Shown: one piece after another, positions 30,817 through 38,594 of the stretch
How positions within the stretch are numbered: the first letter of the stretch is position 1
Layout of the letters: each line of letters starts with the position of its first letter
Assembly: GCA_964447275.1 (NCBI GenBank)
Contig: CAYURI010000005.1
Span: forward strand, 1-58,238
From: an uncultured Muribaculaceae bacterium
Lineage (GTDB): Bacteria; Bacillota_I; Bacilli_A; RF39; UBA660
Direction: 5' to 3'
Length of the DNA stretch: 58,238 bases
Notes under the pieces: model-generated
The model's database searches: none
Told to the model about the DNA's origin: nothing
The model's input: the letters and a program-made list of their open reading frames with translations, nothing else
Made by a program: the position numbers and the translations under genes

Positions 30817-31293
30817 ATGACAAAGAAGAAAGTTATGTTTATATCTAGTGCTGGTGGTCATTTTAATGAGCTAAGTCAGTTAAAAAAAATCTTTTACAAA
30901 TATGATTATTTTCTTGTGACAGAAAAATCTGGTAATAGCGATACATTAAAAAAAGAACATAATAATAAAATAGGCTTTTTATTATTTGGGACAAGATTTA
31001 AACCATTATCATATTTATTTATATTGTTTGCTAATTGTTTTATAAGCCTTTATTGGTACATTAAAGTAAAGCCCAAGTATATAGTCACAACTGGCGCTCA
31101 TACTGCAGGACCGATGTGTTGTATAGGCAAGATATTTGGTTCTAAGATTATCTTTATTGAATCATTTGCTAACATAAATACTAAATCAGTTACCGGTAAA
31201 ATCATTTATCTATTTGCGGATTTATTTATTGTGCAATGGGAAGATATGTTAAAAATTTATCCTAAAGCCACTTATGGGGGAGGGATATTCTAA
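30817..31293 (+). CDS. pssD: PssD/CpsF (Alg14-like) glycosyltransferase subunit
   Basis: SSAGGHFNEL, PKYIVTTGA, IFIESFA, FIVQWE. Confidence 0.9.
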   Translation: MTKKKVMFISSAGGHFNELSQLKKIFYKYDYFLVTEKSGNSDTLKKEHNNKIGFLLFGTRFKPLSYLFILFANCFISLYWYIKVKPKYIVTTGAHTAGPMCCIGKIFGSKIIFIESFANINTKSVTGKIIYLFADLFIVQWEDMLKIYPKATYGGGIF

Positions 31294-31772
31294 TGATCTT
31301 TGTAACACTAGGTACTCAAGATAAGCCTTTTCCAAGACTTATCGATGAAATAGACTTACTAATTAAAAAAAGAATTATTAACGAAGAAGTGATAGCTCAA
31401 ATTGGCCCAACGAAATATGATGGAGAACTTATTAATGCTCTTAAAATGTGTGATTATAAGGCCTTTAAAAATTATGTTGATAGAGCGAATTTAATAATAA
31501 CTCATGGTGGCGTAGGCAGTATTATTGATGCTATTTCGCGTGGTAAAAAAGTTATAGCAATACCAAGACTTAAGAAGTATAAAGAAAGCGCTAATGATCA
31601 CCAAGAACAAATTATTAAAAAATTAAATGATGAAAAATATATTATTGGTATATACAATATAAAAGATTTGGGCGAAGCAATAAAATATAGTAAAGAGTTT
31701 AAACCTAAAAAATATATTAAAGATAATCGTAAAATGTTAAAAATAATTGAAGACTATATAGATAATAATTAG
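31293..31772 (+). CDS. pssE: PssE/CpsG (Alg13-like, GT28 C-terminal) glycosyltransferase subunit
   Basis: MIFVTLGTQ..PFPRL, IITHGGVGSI, IPRLKKY.E..NDHQ. Confidence 0.9.
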   Translation: MIFVTLGTQDKPFPRLIDEIDLLIKKRIINEEVIAQIGPTKYDGELINALKMCDYKAFKNYVDRANLIITHGGVGSIIDAISRGKKVIAIPRLKKYKESANDHQEQIIKKLNDEKYIIGIYNIKDLGEAIKYSKEFKPKKYIKDNRKMLKIIEDYIDNN

Positions 31773-31780
31773 AGGCTAAA

Positions 31781-33010
31781 ATGAAAAGATTAAATACACT
31801 TATTGAAAATAACTTCTTACTAATAATAACAATATATTTTTTAGTTCAACCATTTTTAGATGTAATGACTTTTATTAATATAAATATTCCTATAACAGTT
31901 GGGATGACTTCCCGTTTTCTATTCATGGCTTTTGCTATTTATTATATTTTGTTTATTAATAAAAATAAAAAAAGAGTGTGGATTTATCTAGGATCATTAT
32001 TTATATATGGCTTGTTATTTTTAATTCCATATTTTAATAATGGCATGTTATTTTTAGAATTAAAGTCACTTTTAAAAGTTTATTATTTTATAATTATCTT
32101 AATTTTATTTTATACTAATAAAGATAAAATAAAAGATTTTGATTATAAGTATTTAAACTATATTTTTATTATATATATTTTGTTTATCTTAATTCCTAAT
32201 CTTATTGGCAATTTCGGTAGTTATGACATTGCTAAGATTGGTGAAAAAGGTTTGTTTAATTCAGCTAATGAAATAGGTGCTATCCTTTCTTTCTTGTTCC
32301 CGGTTTATGTTTATAAAATGTTTGATGATAAACATAAAATAAAATATATCCCAATAATTATTTTGTATATTTGCACAATATTTATTATTGGCACTAAAGT
32401 TCCTGTAATGGCTTTTATTATCACAGCATTATTCTTTGGGATTAAATATTTTATGGAGACTATTAAAAAGAAGCAAATAAAGCAAACGATTATATTAGTT
32501 TCTTCGGTTACTATATTAACTATATTTTCGATTATCATAATACCTAAAACCCCATTTTATAGTAATATAAAAACTCATATGAATTATTTTGAAATTAATA
32601 GTGTTAAAGAAATATTTACTAAATATGAAAATCTCGATAATATTATATTTAGTGAAAGACTATCTTTAACTGAAGATAACATGGCTTATTATAAAAGTCA
32701 AAGTACTTATAAAAAGCTTTTAGGTTCAGGTTATTATGAAATAAAAGATGCACAAATTATTGAAAGAAAAACTGCTGAAATAGATTATGTAGACATCTTT
32801 GTTTCTTTTGGTATCATTGGGACATTATTGTTTTTTATACCAGTTATATATGTATTAACAAACTTTATAATAGAATTTAAAAAGTTAGATAAAAAACAAA
32901 CTTTATATTTAGTTTTATATTTTTTAATTTTTAGTATTGCTTTATTTTCTGGTCATATATTTGTGGCGCCAGCCGTAAGCATTTATTTAGCAATGTTTTT
33001 AACTTCTTAA
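31781..33010 (+). CDS. O-antigen ligase/Wzy-like polytopic membrane protein
   Basis: Many TM segments, GLFNSANE, a large external loop with SER and LLGSG, then DYVDIFVSFGIIG. Confidence 0.65.
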   Translation: MKRLNTLIENNFLLIITIYFLVQPFLDVMTFININIPITVGMTSRFLFMAFAIYYILFINKNKKRVWIYLGSLFIYGLLFLIPYFNNGMLFLELKSLLKVYYFIIILILFYTNKDKIKDFDYKYLNYIFIIYILFILIPNLIGNFGSYDIAKIGEKGLFNSANEIGAILSFLFPVYVYKMFDDKHKIKYIPIIILYICTIFIIGTKVPVMAFIITALFFGIKYFMETIKKKQIKQTIILVSSVTILTIFSIIIIPKTPFYSNIKTHMNYFEINSVKEIFTKYENLDNIIFSERLSLTEDNMAYYKSQSTYKKLLGSGYYEIKDAQIIERKTAEIDYVDIFVSFGIIGTLLFFIPVIYVLTNFIIEFKKLDKKQTLYLVLYFLIFSIALFSGHIFVAPAVSIYLAMFLTS

Positions 33011-33017
33011 TAAAGTA

Positions 33018-33046
33018 TTGAAAAAGCCTGTTTTTAATGTTAAAAT
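33018..33046 (+). promoter_or_regulatory. SigA promoter of tRNA-Trp
   Basis: TTGAAA-17 nt-TAAAAT with upstream TG, ending 12 nt before the tRNA. Confidence 0.7.
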
Positions 33047-33058
33047 AGGCTAGTATTT

Positions 33059-33132
33059 AGAGGCGTGGTATAATGGTAGCATAGGAGTCTCCAAAACTTT
33101 TGATGGGAGTTCGATTCTCTCCGCCTCTGCCA
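33059..33132 (+). tRNA. tRNA-Trp (CCA)
   Basis: Acceptor AGAGGCG/CGCCTCT, anticodon loop CT-CCA-AA, T loop TTCGATT, encoded 3' GCCA. Confidence 0.95.
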
Positions 33133-33316
33133 TATGATGATAAAACTTGGTATATTTATATCAAGTTTTTTGATACAATATTTTTGGAAGTGATTATGTG
33201 AATCTTTATATGAAGTATATATATCCTAAAATAGTTAATAGAATATTAAATCATCAAGAGCTAAAAGACTATAGGTCTAAAAAGCTTAGCGTTATTAAAA
33301 AAGGAGAATAAATTAT

Positions 33317-34060
33317 ATGGTAAATAAAGACTTAACTGGAAAAATTGTTGATTCAATTTTAAAGAAGGACTTCGGAGCTTATTTTAATTCTCCTCACACA
33401 GATGTAATAACTAACGAAGTAAGAACAAGACTAGAGGAATTATCAACTGAAGATCAAAAACTTGCTAAAAGAAATATGGAAGAATATCTAATTGAGATAT
33501 GTCAAACTGAAAATGATAATGCCTTTTTAATTAAGGAAAACTTAATTTATTATTTAGAAAGAAGCAAAGATGTTAATTATCCTTTGTTAAAAGATTTGTA
33601 TTTTAGACAAAGCAACCCATATTTAAAATTAAATTTATTTTTTGGTTTATTACCAAGTTTTGATGAAGAAGTGGAATCTGATTTTATAAATAATATAAAT
33701 CCCGGTAATGAATATGATATTTTAATACGATCATGGACCATGGCATTTTTTGCTAATGCTGCTAATCCTTATGAATATATAGATAATGGAGTTGATGATC
33801 CATCTGAGGCAATTAGAGCTAGATTAAATAGATTTGTTATTTTATTAGATAAAGATAATAAAAAATATTTGAAAGCTTTGGCATATTTGCTTATTGATTT
33901 AATCGTGGTTTGGTTATTCATAAATAGCAGAGGGCATCAAATATTAAATGATGATGATTATGAGGTCGTAAAAAAGATTCCAGAGCATTATGAAAAATTT
34001 TCTAAACATAAGAATGAGGAAATAATAAAAATAAAAAACAAAATTATTAATATAAGATAG
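33317..34060 (+). CDS. Hypothetical all-helical (HEAT/ARM-like) protein
   Basis: RBS AAGGAG, 247 aa, amphipathic helical pattern; no catalytic motif recognised. Confidence 0.7.
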   Translation: MVNKDLTGKIVDSILKKDFGAYFNSPHTDVITNEVRTRLEELSTEDQKLAKRNMEEYLIEICQTENDNAFLIKENLIYYLERSKDVNYPLLKDLYFRQSNPYLKLNLFFGLLPSFDEEVESDFINNINPGNEYDILIRSWTMAFFANAANPYEYIDNGVDDPSEAIRARLNRFVILLDKDNKKYLKALAYLLIDLIVVWLFINSRGHQILNDDDYEVVKKIPEHYEKFSKHKNEEIIKIKNKIINIR

Positions 34061-34094
34061 GTTTTTTAATAAAATTTAGGAGGTGATTAATAAT

Positions 34095-34391
34095 ATGGCA
34101 AAATTAACATGGAAGAAAGAGATTAATGGATATGAAGTTGATTTAAGTTTTATATGTCATTATAAGAAAGGATTTATAATTGAATTTGACAGCCATGATA
34201 TGACAGATAATATTGATAATGTTTTTGAAGAAATGAGAAAAAATGATTATCAAAAGTTAACTAAAATGGGCTTTTTAGAATTATCAGCATATTTGTTTAA
34301 CAAAATTCCCAACTTATATTCTGTTGAATTTATAGACAATAAGAGTAGCTCGGAGTATTTTATTGAGGATATAAAAGAAGGGACTATATGA
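34095..34391 (+). CDS. Small protein with degenerate QueD/PTPS-like T-fold pattern
   Basis: RBS AGGAGGTGA before ATG 34095. GFIIEF, FLELSAYLFNKI, LYSVEFID, SSSEY parallel QueD segments but the His/Cys ligands are missing. The ORF is solid; the fold call is tentative. Confidence 0.5.
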   Translation: MAKLTWKKEINGYEVDLSFICHYKKGFIIEFDSHDMTDNIDNVFEEMRKNDYQKLTKMGFLELSAYLFNKIPNLYSVEFIDNKSSSEYFIEDIKEGTI

Positions 34392-35182
34392 GAGATATAG
34401 CAGTAGCAGTAAGTATTTATAATGAAAATATAACACCAATAGAAACAATTGATGTGATAAAAGAGGCGGGATTCAAAAATGTTTTTATTTATTGGTTTGG
34501 AGAAAACCTTGAATGTAGTAAAGAAGAGCAATTAAGATATATAAAAGAACAAGGATTAAATATCATATTTGCTCATCTGGGATATGAGGATATAAATTCT
34601 ATTTGGGAAAATGACAAGGCTGGCGATTTACTAGTTGCAAAATATTTAAGAGACTTAGATGATTGTAAAAAGAATAACATTTCAATGGTGGTTATGCATT
34701 TATCAACTCCACCAAGGGGAGAACCATACAACGAAATAGGCCAAGAAAGAATTAGAAAAATAGTTGATTATGCCCAGGGTTTAGGCATTAAAGTGGCTTT
34801 TGAAAATACCAAAATTGGTGGCTATCTGGAGCCCTTGCTAGCAAATATAAAAAATAATAATGCTGGATTGTGTTATGATTCTGGTCATAATCATGTGGCA
34901 ACTAACGATAAAATTGATTTATCGACATTTAAAAATCGTGTTATAGCTGTCCATTTGCATGACAATGATACATCGTGGGATCAACATCTGCTTCCTTTTG
35001 ATGGTAATGTTGATTGGGAAAACAATATAAGCCAATTAATTAATAATGGCTATAATGGCCCAATAACACTCGAAATAGTATATGCTAATCAATACGCCGA
35101 TATTGATCCTGTTGAATATTATAAAAGAGCTTATCAAGCAGCGATGAAAATAGCTACATTGTTTGAATACAGTAAAGAATAA
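34388..35182 (+). CDS. Sugar phosphate isomerase/epimerase (xylose-isomerase-like TIM barrel)
   Basis: VAFEN, CYDSGH, HLHDND, DQHLLPFDG, ITLE metal-binding motifs. Confidence 0.88.
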   Translation: MRDIAVAVSIYNENITPIETIDVIKEAGFKNVFIYWFGENLECSKEEQLRYIKEQGLNIIFAHLGYEDINSIWENDKAGDLLVAKYLRDLDDCKKNNISMVVMHLSTPPRGEPYNEIGQERIRKIVDYAQGLGIKVAFENTKIGGYLEPLLANIKNNNAGLCYDSGHNHVATNDKIDLSTFKNRVIAVHLHDNDTSWDQHLLPFDGNVDWENNISQLINNGYNGPITLEIVYANQYADIDPVEYYKRAYQAAMKIATLFEYSKE

Positions 35183-35191
35183 GGAGATTTC

Positions 35192-35398
35192 ATGAGTAAA
35201 TATAAACTGTTCTGGGAATATATTAAAAAAGATAATAATAGTGAATTAAAACTAACTTTTATAGATATTGAAAAAATATTAGCATTTCCTATAGATCATT
35301 CTTTTTTAAATTATAAAAAAGAATTAATTGATTATTGCTACAAAGTATATAAAATATCTTTAAAAGAAAAGTATATAATATTTAAAAAGGAGAGTTAA
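35192..35398 (+). CDS. Small conserved hypothetical protein
   Basis: RBS AAGGAG; MSKY.LFWEYI...LKLTF.DIEKIL..IDHSFLNYKKEL, a pattern I recognise from small Firmicutes accessory proteins. Confidence 0.7.
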   Translation: MSKYKLFWEYIKKDNNSELKLTFIDIEKILAFPIDHSFLNYKKELIDYCYKVYKISLKEKYIIFKKES

Positions 35399-35399
35399 T

Positions 35400-35819
35400 G
35401 TGGAAAATAAAATAATTGATGTAGTAGGGGTAATGTTTTTTAAAGATGGTAAATTATTAATTGATAAACCAAGGAAAAGGCCAACTTATCAAATGGTTGG
35501 TGGCAGAGTCGAGATTGGTGAGACTCCTTTGCAAGCAGCAATAAGAGAATGCCATGAAGAACTAGGCAATAAAGCTATTTTTGATAATAATAAAATAGAG
35601 CCAATAATGGATTTTATTGAAACGGCAACTAGTGATCCCAATTTAAAAATTCATATGTATGTTTTTAAATACAATGGTTTATTAGAAGGAGAGATAAGCA
35701 CCTCAGAAGAAATAGAAGCGTTTATGTGGTTTGGGAAAAATGATAATCAAGATATCCTTTCTAACACTTTAAAAAACGAAATTATTCCTTGGGCAATAAA
35801 AGAGAACCATTTAAATTAA
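35400..35819 (+). CDS. Nudix hydrolase
   Basis: Nudix box GGRVEIGETPLQAAIRECHEELG. Confidence 0.92.
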   Translation: MENKIIDVVGVMFFKDGKLLIDKPRKRPTYQMVGGRVEIGETPLQAAIRECHEELGNKAIFDNNKIEPIMDFIETATSDPNLKIHMYVFKYNGLLEGEISTSEEIEAFMWFGKNDNQDILSNTLKNEIIPWAIKENHLN

Positions 35820-35843
35820 TAATGATTGATTGGAGTAGATAAT

Positions 35844-36410
35844 ATGAAAATTGTTTATCATAGAAGCTCAATAAGTGGCTTAAAAGTGATAGCCCCAACA
35901 TCTTTATATAATGGCCATAATTATATATTTGCATCAAGAAGCAAAATAGTTTCGCTTATTTTTTCAAGAAATAACAAAGGGCCCCTTTTTCAAATTAGAA
36001 CCGAAAAGGATGGTAGCGTTGGGATTGTTGCAAGAATGCCTGGTTTTTTTAAAAGAGCTTTTGATAATAGTGGATCAATTTACACTTTAGATGGTGATGA
36101 TTTTTAATCGGCAACACCTTTATCAATTGAGGTATTATCTTTAAATGTTGCTAACGTTCTTGGTGAAGAATTTGTTCCAAATATTTTAGAAAGATTAAAA
36201 GAATATGAGAAGAACGGATTACTTAAAATGTATAATTATCCAGAAAGACCTGATAATGTTCCATTAGATAATTCCGATTTATTAGAGATTTATTTGAAAG
36301 AAATAAATGAGAAAAAAAGGCCAGAGGACGCTATGATTAGTTTAATGGAATTGTACCCGAATTTTAAAGAGCTATTAAATAAAGACGATTATAAAAGATT
36401 ACGTAATTAA
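35844..36410 (+). pseudogene. Single ORF interrupted by one in-frame TAA (36105-36107); ADP-ribosyltransferase-like N-terminus
   Basis: The two track ORFs are in the same frame and the gap translates without further stops (SATPLSIEVLSLNVANVLGEEFVPNILERLKEYEKNGLLK). VYH(R)SS..LKVIAP...YIFAS resembles the YHGS...VYAT pattern. Confidence 0.75.
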
Positions 36411-36428
36411 TTATGAGGAGTTGGTAAT

Positions 36429-36878
36429 ATGAAAATGCCACCAAGAGAAAAAATTCATGAAGCATTAACGGCAATTGTTAATGAAAGAATAAATGTTGAC
36501 GAAGAAAATAGTAAGGCTGAAGTCTTTTCTTCGGATCGATCTAAAAAGTACACAGTAGAATGGCATGATAACGAGTATGCTTCTAATGATAATGCTACTT
36601 ATTGGCAAGGTTATCCTGGATATCCAGTTATAGCTATTTTATTGTTACAAAATAAATTGCCATTGAATAAAGATATTTTAACTTATTTTAAGAATATTAA
36701 TTGGAAAAAAATAAATGAAGAATTTAAACGTGATTATGCTAAAGCAGCAGAATCTATTTATGATGGTATAGATAAAGATAAAATAGATTACATTGAAAGC
36801 GAAATTAATAAAATTTATAACGAATTAGAAAAGTTGGATATAGTTATCAAAAAAGGCAAACAATTCCCACCTAAGTAA
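36429..36878 (+). CDS. Conserved hypothetical protein
   Basis: RBS GAGGAG; PPREKIHEAL, SSDRSKKYTV, SNDNATYWQGYPGYPVIA. Confidence 0.75.
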   Translation: MKMPPREKIHEALTAIVNERINVDEENSKAEVFSSDRSKKYTVEWHDNEYASNDNATYWQGYPGYPVIAILLLQNKLPLNKDILTYFKNINWKKINEEFKRDYAKAAESIYDGIDKDKIDYIESEINKIYNELEKLDIVIKKGKQFPPK

Positions 36879-36914
36879 AGTGTGATATAATAAATATATA
36901 ATAAGGAGGAATTT

Positions 36915-37286
36915 ATGAAATACTATTTATGTGAAGTATGTGGCAATTTAGTTGAACTAATTGAAGAAGGCGGCGGCGAACTTGTTTGCTGTGGACAACC
37001 AATGAAAGAGCTTGTTGCTAAGGAAAATGATGATGGTAACGAAAAACACTTGCCAGTTGTCGAAGTAACTGGTAATGAAGTAAAAGTTAAAGTGGGTAGT
37101 ATACCTCATCCAATGACCCCAGAACACTATATTAAATGGATAGTGATATCTTATAATGGCAAATGCCAAAGAGCGGCTTTGACACCTCAATTGATGCCAG
37201 AAGCGGTATTTAATGTTAATGAGGGAATAACTGACTTAAAAGTATATGCTTATTGTAATATTCATGGTTTATGGGTAAAAAAATAA
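36915..37286 (+). CDS. dfx: Desulfoferrodoxin (2Fe superoxide reductase)
   Basis: CEVCGN...CCGQPM, EKHLP, HPMTPEHYIKWI, YCNIHGLW. Confidence 0.95.
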   Translation: MKYYLCEVCGNLVELIEEGGGELVCCGQPMKELVAKENDDGNEKHLPVVEVTGNEVKVKVGSIPHPMTPEHYIKWIVISYNGKCQRAALTPQLMPEAVFNVNEGITDLKVYAYCNIHGLWVKK

Positions 37287-37304
37287 AAGGCTTTAAAGCC
37301 TTTT
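37285..37304. terminator. Bidirectional terminator between dfx and the DUF4173-like gene
   Basis: Perfect palindrome AAAAGGCTTTAAAGCCTTTT between convergent genes. Confidence 0.8.
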
Positions 37305-37308
37305 TATT

Positions 37309-38580
37309 TTAGAAAGTTTTTAAAAATAATAAGAAATTACTGTTAGCCATAAAGATGTTTAAAACATAAAAAACAATAGCAATTATTACAAATAATCCGG
37401 TATAGTTATATTTCTGCTTTTCTAATACTTTTTTGATAAATATACTAAATAGGATTAACTCCATAAGCAAGAATAATATAACTTGCATTCTTAATGTTGT
37501 AAATCCATAAGCACCAATATATAAAAACATTCTGTAATATGAGTTGAAGATTAAAATAATGGAAAAGCCAATTAAGACAATTAATAAAGTTTTAATGATT
37601 TTATTTTTTTCGAAGCCAGTTGTTATATGAGTATGATAATTAATCACTAAAAAGTTTATTGCTGTAACTAATAACAACTCAAAAAAACCTTCTCTAGCAT
37701 AATTGGCATATGTGTATTCAACTGGCAAATGAAGAAAGTTGTTAGTTAATTTTGATATTTCAGAAACTATAAATACCAAGAATACAAAGTTAATAATTGA
37801 TAATACAATGATTGATGAAGTGTTGTTTATTGCTTTTAATTCTTTCTTTTCAACTTTATATTTTTGATTCCTTGTGACGTTAATAAATATGCTAAATGAT
37901 AATAAAAAAGTAATAGCAATTTTAATTATGTCACCAACTTTATAGGCGTTAAAGTTTCTAAGTGGGTAAGCAATTTTAATAATAAATTCACCAAAATATT
38001 TGTCGGCAGATACTAATAAAGCAGTAATAAGAATGGCAATTGGAATACCAATTAATAAACCGTAAAAGATATTTAAAGCTTTTTGATGATGATTAGTATC
38101 TTTTTCAATTTTTAAATATCTAAAATTTTTAAATAAATTTTTAGGGAATAATTTAAATGCCATAGTTAGTGGCCATTTAGATATATTGTAATCTTTGTTA
38201 GTTAAAGAAAATAAAAACATCGAAGAAAGTAGTGGTAAGATAAAGATATTTAAAAATTGACTATTATAAGGAATTATTAAAATTGATGTACCAATTAATA
38301 TTAATCCGATCGGAATTAAAAATAAATAAGCATTTTTATTAGCCACCATTTTGTTTTTAATAACTAAAAATATATATTCTCCTAATAAAATAGCGATAGG
38401 AACAATAACATTTTTAATATGTAAAAATACAGAGTTTTTTATTAAAGTATAATCCATAACATCTTTTATTATTAAGTAATCTAAAATAGCGTTTATGCCA
38501 TAAATTAATAATGAGCCGATTAAACATATTAATATAATTATTTTTCTTTCATCATTTCTAACTTTTAATTCTTCTAACAT
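37309..38580 (-). CDS. DUF4173/DUF4153-like membrane protein
   Basis: LLVSADKYF, YANYAREGFFELL, RMFLYIGAYGFTTLR. Confidence 0.8.
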   Translation of the reverse strand: MLEELKVRNDERKIIILICLIGSLLIYGINAILDYLIIKDVMDYTLIKNSVFLHIKNVIVPIAILLGEYIFLVIKNKMVANKNAYLFLIPIGLILIGTSILIIPYNSQFLNIFILPLLSSMFLFSLTNKDYNISKWPLTMAFKLFPKNLFKNFRYLKIEKDTNHHQKALNIFYGLLIGIPIAILITALLVSADKYFGEFIIKIAYPLRNFNAYKVGDIIKIAITFLLSFSIFINVTRNQKYKVEKKELKAINNTSSIIVLSIINFVFLVFIVSEISKLTNNFLHLPVEYTYANYAREGFFELLLVTAINFLVINYHTHITTGFEKNKIIKTLLIVLIGFSIILIFNSYYRMFLYIGAYGFTTLRMQVILFLLMELILFSIFIKKVLEKQKYNYTGLFVIIAIVFYVLNIFMANSNFLLFLKTF

Positions 38581-38594
38581 ATTATTTCTCCTTA

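Noticed and set aside
33210-33311. 33-codon ORF (MKYIYPKIVNR...) ahead of the islet
   Set aside because: No convincing RBS or homology cue; its end merely contains the next gene's RBS.
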